The notes beneath the pieces are model-generated. The model had not been told where the DNA came from. It did no database searches and saw only the letters and a list, made by a program, of their open reading frames with translations. From the NCBI GenBank assembly GCA_044221725.1, contig JBGAON010000004.1, positions 160,001 through 224,000 on the forward strand: a stretch of 64,000 nt of DNA, in the 5' to 3' direction. Positions 17,851-26,923 of the stretch are shown piece after piece. The translations under genes were made by a program, and so were the position numbers. The DNA comes from Elusimicrobiota bacterium (GTDB lineage: Bacteria; Elusimicrobiota; Elusimicrobia; F11). Position 1 is the first letter of the stretch. Each line of letters opens with the position of its first letter.

Positions 17851-17951
17851 GACACGTAGTTACGAAATATGACCGGGGTTGGTCCACAGAAGAAACGCGG
17901 AAAATTCGGCGAAGAACATTTCGTCGAAAACGATGCGCTATGACGGGGTTT

Positions 17952-18293
17952 TTAGAAAAGCTCTTCCACTTTTTCGGGCGGGCGCGCCACGACGGCGCTA
18001 TTGTCATGAATGACGATGGGGCGCTGCAAAAGGATCGGGTGGTTGGCCATCGCGCGCAGCACATCGTCGGAAAACTTCGATGCAAGTTGCAGCTCGGCGT
18101 AGATCGGCTCTTTTGTGCGGACCATCTCAGGCGCGCGGTCGCCCAACAGTTTCCAAATATTTTTGAGTTCCGCCAGCGTGGGTGGCGTTTTCAAATATTC
18201 AACAATACGCGGCTCAATTTTTTTCTTTTTAAGAATCTCGAGCGTGTTGCGGCACGTTCCGCATTTCGGGTTGTAGTAAATGGTCCAGCTCAT
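17952..18293 (-). CDS. arsC: ArsC/Spx-family (glutaredoxin-type) arsenate reductase
   Basis: IYYNPKCGTCRN, YLKTPP, LLQRPIV, ARPPE; start reassigned. Confidence 0.85.
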   Translation of the reverse strand: MSWTIYYNPKCGTCRNTLEILKKKKIEPRIVEYLKTPPTLAELKNIWKLLGDRAPEMVRTKEPIYAELQLASKFSDDVLRAMANHPILLQRPIVIHDNSAVVARPPEKVEELF

Positions 18294-18533
18294 GACAGTG
18301 ATTCTATCACGGAGCAAACGATTGCGGGTTCGACACGTAAAAAATCTATGGGATTTCTTATCGCAGTGATTTTCGTAACGGTCGCCAGCGTGGGCGCCGC
18401 GAAGCACGACGGAATTTTAAAGAAAGGCAGCGATACCACGTATCGAGATACCGTTGCCTTCGAAAAACGCGCCGCCGAAGAAAGCCTCGAGCGTATTCGC
18501 GACATCGAGAAAAGGAAAGGCTGGAAATCCTCG

Positions 18534-18578
18534 TTGGCAAATGTTTACAGTTTACGATACACTGTAAACTGTAAACAT
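18534..18578 (+). promoter_or_regulatory. Promoter TTGGCA-N18-TACACT with perfect 15-bp inverted-repeat operator
   Basis: ATGTTTACAGTTTAC (18541-55) gatacact GTAAACTGTAAACAT (18564-78), overlapping the start codon. Confidence 0.75.
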
Positions 18579-19350
18579 GAAGACCAGCACGCGAGATCAA
18601 ATTTTGAAGACGGTTGAAAGAAATGGCAAGGTCCGACCGGTGGAGTTGGCGGCGTCTTTAAATCTCTCGCGGCAGATCATCCATCGCTATCTTAAACAGC
18701 TCGTAGCTCAACAGATGCTTGAAGTTCGAGGGTCCATGCCCGTTACTCATTATGTATTGGCTGGGACGCCCGATTTGAATGATGTTATTGCTTGGTTAAA
18801 AAAGCGACCTATGACAACGAACCCGCCGACGGTGTGTGAATCGAGAGAAGTTTTCGCCGCGAGGTTGCCGCGGTTGGTTGGGCTGGTTAAAAGCGGTCTG
18901 TCTCCCGCAGAATTGCCACTCGTTATTTCATCTGTTGGGGAAATTGGTAACAATTCATTCGATCACAATATCGGGCAGTGGCAGGATGTGCCTGGCTGCT
19001 GGTTTGAATATCAGGTCACTGGTTCGTATTGCTGGTTATGGGTGGCGGATCGTGGCCAAGGTATTTTTCAATCTCTGGCTAGGGTGCATCGTAATTTAAA
19101 GAACGATCAAGCCGCTCTAAAAGCGGCATTCGAAACAATCATTTCTGGTCGCGCGCCAGAGAAACGCGGCAATGGACTTAAATACGTCCGAGAAAATATT
19201 TTGTCGACGAAAGGTGGTGGGCTTGCCTGCTTGTCAGGCACGGGCCACGTGAACTATGGTGACGAAGGAAAAGCTTGCTTGGATTACCTAACGAAAAATC
19301 TGATGGAAGTGAAGGGAACGATCACTCTCGTGGCATGGAGACGCAAATGA
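18577..19350 (+). CDS. Winged-HTH fused to GHKL/HATPase-like domain
   Basis: ELAASLNLSRQIIHRYLKQL; EIGNNSFDH (N box), ADRGQGI (G1), RGNGL (G2). Confidence 0.8.
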   Translation: MKTSTRDQILKTVERNGKVRPVELAASLNLSRQIIHRYLKQLVAQQMLEVRGSMPVTHYVLAGTPDLNDVIAWLKKRPMTTNPPTVCESREVFAARLPRLVGLVKSGLSPAELPLVISSVGEIGNNSFDHNIGQWQDVPGCWFEYQVTGSYCWLWVADRGQGIFQSLARVHRNLKNDQAALKAAFETIISGRAPEKRGNGLKYVRENILSTKGGGLACLSGTGHVNYGDEGKACLDYLTKNLMEVKGTITLVAWRRK

Positions 19351-19631
19351 AAATCGAAGTGAAAAAGTTTGGCGAAATTCTTACGTCGCGACCGGCAGGT
19401 CACGAAGCGGGATTATCGATTAAGGCGTACTTCAAACCGAAGGCGGGCGAACGTCTCGAGCTTGATTTTCGTGGCGTGTTGGCGGTGGGTCCATCGTGGT
19501 TGGATGAAGTTCTCACTATTCTACGTGAAGAATACGGAAAAAACCGTGTGCGATGCTTACCTTCTGAAAATGCTTCCGTTATTGAATCTCTGAAAATTAT
19601 CAATAAGCAGTCCAAAAAAACAGCTAAGTAA
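19347..19631 (+). CDS. STAS-like domain protein (DUF4325-like)
   Basis: LTSRPAG, LELDFRGVLAVGPSWLDE; ATGA overlap with the upstream gene. Confidence 0.8.
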   Translation: MKIEVKKFGEILTSRPAGHEAGLSIKAYFKPKAGERLELDFRGVLAVGPSWLDEVLTILREEYGKNRVRCLPSENASVIESLKIINKQSKKTAK

Positions 19632-19679
19632 ATCTTTCGACGTTTCACGGCTCCGTTCGTAAATAGTGAAGAGGCATTT

Positions 19680-19892
19680 ATGAACCGAGTTCCCGTCCAT
19701 TCATCCGCCATCCGCAGTATGGGTTACGATAGGCAGCATCGTGTGCTTGAAATCCGATACGTGGGCGGTGTTCTGTATCGCTATTACGAGGTGCCGCCAA
19801 TTGTCAACGACGCGTTGCGCGCGGCGTCATCGAAAGGTCAGTTTGTGAATGGCGTTGTGAAACCGTTCTTTCGATTCGAGAAGGTTCCGTAG
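19680..19892 (+). CDS. KTSC domain protein
   Basis: VHSSAIRSMGYD...LEIRY..G.LYRYYEVP...ASSKGQF; CGAC-N16-CGTA promoter at 19638-19661. Confidence 0.9.
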   Translation: MNRVPVHSSAIRSMGYDRQHRVLEIRYVGGVLYRYYEVPPIVNDALRAASSKGQFVNGVVKPFFRFEKVP

Positions 19893-19899
19893 CGGAGAC

Positions 19900-20997
19900 T
19901 TAAGGTAAAAATTTGCTGGGTTTTTTTAATTTTGTGGGCAGATACTTTTCGATGACGTGATTCAAACCGTGCTTTGCGAACGCCTGTTGTTCGACGCGGA
20001 CGCCCATCGCGAGCATTTGCTCGATCGCGTTTTTCCATGGTTTGTGGAATTTAATGAAGGGGTCGTTTTTGAGCGCGTCTTTGGCGCGTTTGATGTCCAC
20101 TTCTTCGAGCGGGTGCGTAGCGTCTTTTAATTTGTAATCGATGATATCTTGTGGCGTGACGCCCAAGTACGTCGCTTGTGGCACACAGAAAAATTGATTT
20201 AAGTGTGCATTGTTGCCGGATCCTACTTTAAGCGTGCGATAAATGTTTGTGATGCCGTACGGATCGCCATCCACGAACGCATAGACCGGCAATTTTTTAT
20301 CGTCGGCCAGGCGGCGGATGAAACGGCGGCACGCACGCGTGGGCACGCCGCCCATCGAGATTAAAATGCAATTGGCTGTCGTGTAGTAGTTGTGTTTCAC
20401 AAGCCGCTGAAACATGCCAGCCGTTTCAATCGCGAGAATAAACTTCGCGCTCGTTTCAAACTTCAAGTCTTCGCACGCGGTTGGAATCGAATAAGAACCG
20501 GTGCCAAATTTTGTGCAGTCGATGCGGATTTCTTTTCCGGAATCGGGATCGGTATCGATCACAATGAGCTTGCCGGCCACGTCGCCGCCTTTCTCTTCGG
20601 GAATAAACCCCATTTTTTCGCGGTTCAATCGGAAGTGCGCTTCAATATCGTCCATGATCGTGTCGGACTCGGGCTGTTCGTGAAAGCGCGCCTCGCCCCA
20701 ATTTTTGGACACGTAGTACGCCTCTCTCTTTGTCGCCATGTCGTCTTTCTTAACGATCTCGTGTGATAGGGCCATCATGCGAATGGTTTGCGCAAACGTT
20801 TTAACCGTGTTGTACGTGAGCGTACGTTCTTTCACGCGGTCGCCGATTTCGAAATAGCCTTTTTTCTTGTCGTACGTCACGTTTTCGAGGCTGCGCAGCG
20901 GGAAATCCATGGAGGGCGCGTGTTTCTTAAGAACTTCGTTATAAATTTTATCGGCGGCTTCGCGGATCAGTTTGTCGGCGTTATTTTTCATGGTCAA
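19900..20997 (-). CDS. top6A: DNA topoisomerase VI subunit A
   Basis: TKREAYY (catalytic Tyr region), QPESD, IETAG, GGVP, DGDPYG (TOPRIM). Confidence 0.92.
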   Translation of the reverse strand: MTMKNNADKLIREAADKIYNEVLKKHAPSMDFPLRSLENVTYDKKKGYFEIGDRVKERTLTYNTVKTFAQTIRMMALSHEIVKKDDMATKREAYYVSKNWGEARFHEQPESDTIMDDIEAHFRLNREKMGFIPEEKGGDVAGKLIVIDTDPDSGKEIRIDCTKFGTGSYSIPTACEDLKFETSAKFILAIETAGMFQRLVKHNYYTTANCILISMGGVPTRACRRFIRRLADDKKLPVYAFVDGDPYGITNIYRTLKVGSGNNAHLNQFFCVPQATYLGVTPQDIIDYKLKDATHPLEEVDIKRAKDALKNDPFIKFHKPWKNAIEQMLAMGVRVEQQAFAKHGLNHVIEKYLPTKLKKPSKFLP

Positions 20998-22743
20998 TTA
21001 GTTCAGAGATGTTTTGTCCTTTTCAAGGATGTCGGTCAATAGCGTGAGTACGCGCTTCTCTTCTTTTTCTTTGAAGCCCAAAATTTCGCGCAAACCGATG
21101 CCGATGTGCGGCAAGTATGACTTGATGTAATCTTTTTTGCGTTTCGCTTCGGCTTCGCGGTAACCGCGGCGAAGATAAGCATCCAAGCGGCGTCCGCACT
21201 CTTGGAGTGCCAAGCGAATTTCCTTTGTGATCTCCGGATAGGACGCCACTGCTTCTTTTGATTCGGAGGTGAACGGAACCCACACGCTTGCCATGTGAAC
21301 AGCGATCAAAAGCGGCCCTGTCGGCAGTGCACCCTTCGATTGATCGACTCCATAATTCTTCCACGCGGTAGTAAGAACACTTTTTGCGATGGCACACGCC
21401 GACTGTTGATAGAGAAGCGGTACGCGATTGGCGAATCGCATCACCTCGGCCAATTCTTCTTTCGGAAGCTCACCGCCATAAGCGAGCGCCACTTCAATCT
21501 GAAAGGGATTGCCGCGGTACACCGACGGTGGTCGCGTTTGCGACGTGTAAAAATCGGCATTGATGTTTTTCTTGATGCCTTGCAACAAATTATTTTCGCC
21601 GATGGGGGACAAGCAATTCGTTGGCGGGTTCATGAGCTTCGTGGCACCGATTGCTTTATGCAACTTGTCCGCTTCGTTATGAGCGATGTCGCCCGGTTTC
21701 GCGTTCGGGTCGATGCCCGCGGCCTTAAGAATGCTGTTCGCCACATTGGTCGACACGCGCGCGAAGTCGCGCGCGAGCATGGTCTTTACCGAGCGTGCGG
21801 CCGTGCTTTTCAGCATCTTCATGAGGATGCCAAGCTCAACACCGTGCGGATGTGGTTTGATTTCTTTCGGTTGAATCGGAAGCGCACGGCTGGCTGGTTT
21901 GTAATGTTCTTTGGTTCCATCCGGTCCCTTGTAAATCAGTTCAATGTGCGGGTTCGCGAGCGCGGTTTGGCGAATGTAGTCTTCGACGGAATGGCGGCCT
22001 TTCTGAAATTTAGCTTCGAGCTCAATCGAAACCTTCGTTCCGTGGGGTCGGTCCCATTTCACGACGTCATCTTTAATAACAGTGGGCTGATTCTTCGCAG
22101 TGTCGATTTGAATTTCAAAATAGTGCGCGGGCTTCTTCGCCGAAATGCGCGAGGTGATGCGCGTGGGGGAACCGGTCGTGAGTTGACCGTACATGCCGGC
22201 CGCCGAGATGCCGATGCCCTGTTGACCGCGGCTTTGTTTCATCGAATGGAATTTCGATCCGTAAAGCAACTTTCCGAAGATTCGCGGGATTTGTTCTTTC
22301 ACAACACCCGGTCCGTTGTCGGCCACTGTCACGACGAAACGGTCGCCGCCTTCCAGTTGTTTGATCCCAACGAGAATTTCGGGAGAAATCTTCGCTTCTT
22401 CGCAAGCGTCCAAACTGTTGTCGACCGCTTCGCGAACCGTGGTGAGCAATGCTTTCTTCGCGTTGTCGAAACCGAGCAGATGCCGGTTCTTTAAGAAAAA
22501 TTCGCTAACCGAAATGTCGCGCTGCTTCGCGGCCATTTTGTCGGCTTCGGTTTTTCCTGCTTGCGGGGTCGCTTTGGGTTTTTGTTCCGTTTCCTTTTCC
22601 GTCATCCTGGCGTGCTTTAAGCCAGGATCCATTTTGGCTGTGGATGAACGTGGGCCCTGGATAGAGGCATTCCCGGGCGACGATTTCTTGCCGGCTTGCT
22701 TGCTCTTCGCAGCTGTCTTAATTGGTTTGGGTTTCTTCTTCAA
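20998..22743 (-). CDS. top6B: DNA topoisomerase VI subunit B
   Basis: SVSEFF.KNRHLLGFD, EAVDNSLDACEEA, DNGPG, SRGQQGIGIS, RFANRVPLLY, VPFTSESKEA; start uncertain. Confidence 0.93.
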   Translation of the reverse strand: MKKKPKPIKTAAKSKQAGKKSSPGNASIQGPRSSTAKMDPGLKHARMTEKETEQKPKATPQAGKTEADKMAAKQRDISVSEFFLKNRHLLGFDNAKKALLTTVREAVDNSLDACEEAKISPEILVGIKQLEGGDRFVVTVADNGPGVVKEQIPRIFGKLLYGSKFHSMKQSRGQQGIGISAAGMYGQLTTGSPTRITSRISAKKPAHYFEIQIDTAKNQPTVIKDDVVKWDRPHGTKVSIELEAKFQKGRHSVEDYIRQTALANPHIELIYKGPDGTKEHYKPASRALPIQPKEIKPHPHGVELGILMKMLKSTAARSVKTMLARDFARVSTNVANSILKAAGIDPNAKPGDIAHNEADKLHKAIGATKLMNPPTNCLSPIGENNLLQGIKKNINADFYTSQTRPPSVYRGNPFQIEVALAYGGELPKEELAEVMRFANRVPLLYQQSACAIAKSVLTTAWKNYGVDQSKGALPTGPLLIAVHMASVWVPFTSESKEAVASYPEITKEIRLALQECGRRLDAYLRRGYREAEAKRKKDYIKSYLPHIGIGLREILGFKEKEEKRVLTLLTDILEKDKTSLN

Positions 22744-22789
22744 TGCGGGGGATAATGCCGAATTTGTAGTTGGGCGTCAAAAAAACCCT

Positions 22790-22814
22790 GGAACCTCGAC
22801 AATAAATTCACGTA
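22790..22814 (+). promoter_or_regulatory. ECF-type promoter GGAAC-N16-CGTA
   Basis: ggaac ctcgacaataaattca cgta, 12 nt before the extended SD. Confidence 0.65.
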
Positions 22815-22840
22815 TTATTTCTCAACAGGAGGTGATGCGT

Positions 22841-22882
22841 ATGAAACATGACAGTATCGTATACCAGGTGGTCTCCGCCTAA
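22841..22882 (+). CDS. 13-aa small ORF MKHDSIVYQVVSA
   Basis: AGGAGGTGAT (22827-22836), a 10-nt anti-SD complement, then ATG; own promoter and terminator. Confidence 0.55.
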   Translation: MKHDSIVYQVVSA

Positions 22883-22991
22883 CAGCGAACGTCTCGGGTA
22901 TCTCACTTTGAGGATCATTCGCATTCTGAACCTCTTCAGGAGACGCGGCCGATAAATGTTGCACCGGCGTACCTTCGGCCGGACCCCGCTG
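22883..22991 (+). ncRNA. Candidate structured RNA (multibranch) of unknown family
   Basis: Nested stems CAGCG/CGCTG, CGTCTC/GAGACG, CTCA/TGAG, CTGAA/TTCAG, CCGGC/GCCGG. Confidence 0.4.
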
Positions 22992-22995
22992 AATT

Positions 22996-23033
22996 AAAAA
23001 AGCCCGCGCTGTTAAACCCAGCGCGGGCTTTTT
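22996..23033. terminator. Bidirectional intrinsic terminator
   Basis: AAAAA-AGCCCGCGCTG-ttaaacc-CAGCGCGGGCT-TTTT between convergent units. Confidence 0.88.
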
Positions 23034-23051
23034 CATATAGGATTTATCGAT

Positions 23052-23309
23052 TTATTCACCGTGTACGATTAGGAAGAGTTGATACTGAATGTCTTCGAGC
23101 TCATTATCAACTTCGGTGCAATCGATACCATTTCTCAAACAACTTTCAAGCAGATCTTCGTAATACAATTCAAGCGCTTTTAGTCGGAGCACATCGGCAA
23201 GCGGGCCCACGGCGGGTGCCGGCCGTGGAACCGGATTGTCTGGAAGCACTTGAGTCCCGTCCATTCCCGCATAAACACCTTTTGGCATCGTGCATAAACC
23301 CACGATCAA
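23052..23309 (-). CDS. Small acidic helical hypothetical protein
   Basis: ORF ends just before the terminator; start uncertain. Confidence 0.5.
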   Translation of the reverse strand: MIVGLCTMPKGVYAGMDGTQVLPDNPVPRPAPAVGPLADVLRLKALELYYEDLLESCLRNGIDCTEVDNELEDIQYQLFLIVHGE

Positions 23310-23422
23310 TGAAACTATTACGTAAAAAGTTATTAATCAACTTACTCGCTAACTAAAATGCAACGGGTCTGCCGTCGTGATTGTTTGGCCATGAAATACG
23401 ACGTGTTTTAAGGATGCCCACG

Positions 23423-25270
23423 TTAAGGTGGATTATTCCCAAGGGAAATTGGTTCGAAGTAGATTTGCGGGGCGGAGCGCGTCCACCAACTGCCGGTGGC
23501 GCGCTTTTCGGCGAGGGTTGAAAAGCGGTATTCGTATATGACGGCGCGCACGTAATGGGGCGGTTCTTTTGGGAAAGGGTTCGTGGCTAGCAGATTGAGC
23601 GCCGGTTCGGATCCCTGCATAATGCGCACGGCGAGATTCATGAGCCACGGGTTTTCTTGGTAGGTGCCGAGCGCCGCGAACCACATTTGCCAGTCGAGTC
23701 TTGGTTGGTGCGGTGCCACAAACGCCGGACGGTGTCCAAGGGAGCCGGGTTTGTATTTAAATTCGTACGGTAACCAGGTTTGCGCATCGTTGGATCCTTC
23801 GAGAACAATTTCGTTGCGCGTCGTTGTCATCACCGCGAAAAGACCATAACCATTAACGAAATTGCACCGGTTCATTTCCATCGCCCATCGTCCCACGGTT
23901 GCCGGGTAATGTTTTCCGGGGTTAAAGTGAAGGGGACAAATCAGAGAGTTGAGAACCAGCACGAACACGACGATGGGGACGAGCACAAAGGAGGGCCAAT
24001 TCCGAGCGGGAGGTTGGGGATCGCTCGCATCCGCCACCCATGATTTGGCGTCATCCGACCAAAACGAGTCGTCCAGCAACAGAACACACAGCGCCATCGT
24101 CAATAAATTAAAGAACGCGTAATTCCCGGTTAGCGCGATAAGAATTTGAAGACCAACTTCGGCGTAAAACGCCACGTAGCGGAATCGCCGGGGAAGGAAA
24201 ATAAAGAACGGAACAATGAGCTCGCACGCCAACACAAGGAGTGTCGAGAACTTTTGAAATACGACAGGAAGATGGTGCGCAAAATATCCGATCCACGTTG
24301 GAAGCGGTTGCGTTTGGTAGTGATAGGTGAGTGCGGTGAGGTCGCGCCACGCCGCGTCACCACGCTCGATCTTGAGCAAGCCCGACATGAAAAGAAGCTT
24401 GAATAAAAGGAGTTGCAACAAAAACACGGGCCATGCGTGGGGGGCATGCGCACGTTGCGAACGGATAGAAACGGACATCGGCGCGAGGAAAATGGCGAGA
24501 AATCCGGTTTCGAGCAACAGAAGGTCCCACTGAAAACTTAAGAAGGGTGTGCCGAGCGTGACGAAAGATAGATAAATCGCCCACGCGGTCGCGAGCGCGA
24601 TCGTCGAGAAAAAGCCGCTAATAATAAGGATGGACGCCGCTACGCCAACGCCGCACGCCACATGAAGAGCTGTGTCCGAAACCGAAAACCAAAATAATGT
24701 TGGCAAGCCGAAATAAACTTTCCCGAAACGCTCGGAGACCAGCTGAAGTTGCGCGGCAAAAGGCGTGATGCCCCGAGAGCCAAACAGACCATCCACTTGC
24801 ACCCAGAGCGACACAAACGCAGCGAGATAAATAAACCCGAGCGCGCGCAAAAAAATCCACCGCGCCATCAAATAGGTCGGTGGATTTATTTCGCCGCCCC
24901 ACGCGAGACGTGTGAGTTTTGAAAAAAACGGACGGTTGCGTGCCACACGCCTATAGAACCATTCGCAAACGTGTTTCATAAGAGGAACGCGCTCGTATAT
25001 CCACAGTGGCCAGCCAAACCGTTTGGCTGTTGCGAGCGCACGGAAAGCCGCTTCGGCGCCCGCGACGTGCGTCCCGTCGGGGAGGATCAGCTGAACAGCT
25101 TTTGTGAAGGCGTCGAGGGGGATCTCAGGAAATTTTTCGCCTTCTATTTGATACGGGCTATAAGTAACTGCGTCACCGGTCCGCCGGCGCCAACGCAAGA
25201 CCCAGTATCGGCAGAAATGGCAATCGCCATCAAATATCAGGAGAGGCTTGGCCGGTGGATTTTTTATCAC
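23423..25270 (-). CDS. Lipase maturation factor family protein with N-terminal DCC1-like thiol-disulfide domain
   Basis: LIFDGDCHFC; FQWDLLLLETGFL, HYQTQPLP, GNYAFFNLL, PHQPRLDWQMWFAAL. Confidence 0.9.
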   Translation of the reverse strand: MIKNPPAKPLLIFDGDCHFCRYWVLRWRRRTGDAVTYSPYQIEGEKFPEIPLDAFTKAVQLILPDGTHVAGAEAAFRALATAKRFGWPLWIYERVPLMKHVCEWFYRRVARNRPFFSKLTRLAWGGEINPPTYLMARWIFLRALGFIYLAAFVSLWVQVDGLFGSRGITPFAAQLQLVSERFGKVYFGLPTLFWFSVSDTALHVACGVGVAASILIISGFFSTIALATAWAIYLSFVTLGTPFLSFQWDLLLLETGFLAIFLAPMSVSIRSQRAHAPHAWPVFLLQLLLFKLLFMSGLLKIERGDAAWRDLTALTYHYQTQPLPTWIGYFAHHLPVVFQKFSTLLVLACELIVPFFIFLPRRFRYVAFYAEVGLQILIALTGNYAFFNLLTMALCVLLLDDSFWSDDAKSWVADASDPQPPARNWPSFVLVPIVVFVLVLNSLICPLHFNPGKHYPATVGRWAMEMNRCNFVNGYGLFAVMTTTRNEIVLEGSNDAQTWLPYEFKYKPGSLGHRPAFVAPHQPRLDWQMWFAALGTYQENPWLMNLAVRIMQGSEPALNLLATNPFPKEPPHYVRAVIYEYRFSTLAEKRATGSWWTRSAPQIYFEPISLGNNPP

Positions 25271-25292
25271 GGGCGGGATCGTGGCGCCCAGT

Positions 25293-26303
25293 TTAGAACT
25301 TCAGTTGAAACAGCGGTTTGCTCGGTTCGCGGCGAGCGAGCTCATCAACTCGGTATTGTGCCGGCACACGCTCCCAGTCGGAATACACCTGGCCGTTAAC
25401 CCAGTAGCGTTGGCCCGGAGCGTTCGGTTCGTCGCCGTCGTAAAAAATGGAGTATTCGTTCGACGGAGGCGCGGTGCCGATGTGGCGCGTGCGTGGAATC
25501 AGCTCCATTTTGCCGTCGCCATCAACATCAGCGCGAATCCAATCCATTTGCAACATTTGGTTGTACGTGCCATCGCTGAGCATTTGTTTCAGCTCAGCAT
25601 TGAAGTCTGTAAGAATTTTCGTCGCGTTCGGAACGTTCTTCCTCAGCGCAAAATAAAGCAGGCGTCGAACCAGTGGCGTCCGGCCGATTTCAAGCTTCGC
25701 TTTCGTTTCGCCGCCTTGGTTCTTGAGCAGATACTGAAGCAGCAGGTCGTCAATGAGAATGTAGTCGAGTTCACCCCGCATCATTTTGTCGAGATTCGTC
25801 TGTTGGTCGGCGCCCGCAACGAACTGCGTATCTTTCGCTTTTTTCATTTCTTCGCCGTACGAATACCCGGTCACAATGCCCACGCGTTTTCCTTTGAGTT
25901 CGGTAAGGCTTTTCGCGCGAACGTCGCTGCCGCGCTTTCCGACCAGCACCAGGCGGTTTTCCAACAAAGGCGCTGAATATTCCAGGTAGGTTTCGCGGTC
26001 CGTATCACGCCACAACGCGGGGCTTCCATCAAAATTTCCGTCTTTGATTTGTTGGGTGAGCGTTCCGTCGGTGACGATCGTGACAGTTTCAAAAACCCGA
26101 ATCCGCCGCAGGGCTTCGTTAACAAGGTCGATGACAATTCGCGGCTCTCCGGCCTTGCCGGTGAAGGGTGGCCACGGTGTCGAACCGAGCTTCAGTGTGG
26201 TGTTGGCCGCGAAGCTTTGAACACAAACAGCGATCGTCGCTGCGAAGCAAAATATTCGTCTCAAGAAACCTCCCGCATTGCCATAAAATTTCTCCTGCGC
26301 CAT
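25293..26303 (-). CDS. Family-3 periplasmic substrate-binding protein with C-terminal extension
   Basis: TPWPPF, ELKGKRVGIVTGYSYG, LYFALRK; start uncertain. Confidence 0.75.
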   Translation of the reverse strand: MAQEKFYGNAGGFLRRIFCFAATIAVCVQSFAANTTLKLGSTPWPPFTGKAGEPRIVIDLVNEALRRIRVFETVTIVTDGTLTQQIKDGNFDGSPALWRDTDRETYLEYSAPLLENRLVLVGKRGSDVRAKSLTELKGKRVGIVTGYSYGEEMKKAKDTQFVAGADQQTNLDKMMRGELDYILIDDLLLQYLLKNQGGETKAKLEIGRTPLVRRLLYFALRKNVPNATKILTDFNAELKQMLSDGTYNQMLQMDWIRADVDGDGKMELIPRTRHIGTAPPSNEYSIFYDGDEPNAPGQRYWVNGQVYSDWERVPAQYRVDELARREPSKPLFQLKF

Positions 26304-26324
26304 TATATCAGCGGCGGCGCAAAC

Positions 26325-26365
26325 AAAAAAAAGGAGGCCGGCCCCTTGCGGGGGCTCGGCCTCCT
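26325..26365 (-). terminator. Intrinsic terminator after hsp20
   Basis: AGGAGGCCG...CGGCCTCCT stem followed by T8 on the minus strand. Confidence 0.8.
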
Positions 26366-26381
26366 CGTTTTGCAACGAGAC

Positions 26382-26861
26382 TTAGTTTTCTTTGACGTTA
26401 ATCGCGATTTGTTTTGGCTTCGCTTCTTCTTTTTTTGGAAGCGTTAACGTCAACACGCCGTTTTTGTACGAGGCGTCGACTTTCGTCGAATCCACGGTGG
26501 TCGGCAACGTGACCGCACGGTAGAAACTTCCGTACGACCGTTCGGTGCGCAGCACGCCATCTTCGTCGGATTTTTCCTCACGCTTCTTTTCGCCTTTGAT
26601 CACGAGCGTGTTGCCGTCGACCGAGACGTTCAGGTCTTTGCGGTCGATGCCCGGCACTTCGGTGGTGATCTTGAGGCCGTCTTTTGTATCAGCGATATCC
26701 ATTGCCGGCACAAGCGCGACACCGTCCGATCCCTCCGGAAGTTCTCCGTTCCATCGGCCCAACGAGAAATTAAAGAGCTTGTTCATTTCGTTCTGAAGCG
26801 CCTCCATTTCTCGGAAGGGAGCCCACGTATTTCGTTGCGATTTCCACGGTATGATGTTCAT
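26382..26861 (-). CDS. Hsp20/alpha-crystallin small heat-shock protein
   Basis: PAMDI, EVPGI, ERSYGSFYRAVTLP, ASYKNGVLTLTLPK, IAINV. Confidence 0.95.
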   Translation of the reverse strand: MNIIPWKSQRNTWAPFREMEALQNEMNKLFNFSLGRWNGELPEGSDGVALVPAMDIADTKDGLKITTEVPGIDRKDLNVSVDGNTLVIKGEKKREEKSDEDGVLRTERSYGSFYRAVTLPTTVDSTKVDASYKNGVLTLTLPKKEEAKPKQIAINVKEN

Positions 26862-26923
26862 ACTCTTTTCCTCCTTTTTTGGCGCTCGCCTTTCGCGAGC
26901 GCTAATTTTTCAGCAAAAAAAAT

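Noticed and set aside
18348..18617. Short signal-peptide-bearing ORF (MGFLIAVIFVTVASVGAAK...)
   Set aside because: Runs through the operator and into the next gene; may be a truncated remnant, but support is too weak to call.
21295..22494. Long shadow ORFs (21295-22494, 35539-36504, 39925-41070, 61846-62607, 63164-63988 and others)
   Set aside because: Antisense or off-frame to well-supported genes, with no recognisable motifs.
22841..23033. Amino-acid attenuator leader or riboswitch
   Set aside because: No run of regulatory codons, and no same-strand gene follows the terminator; the next gene is convergent.
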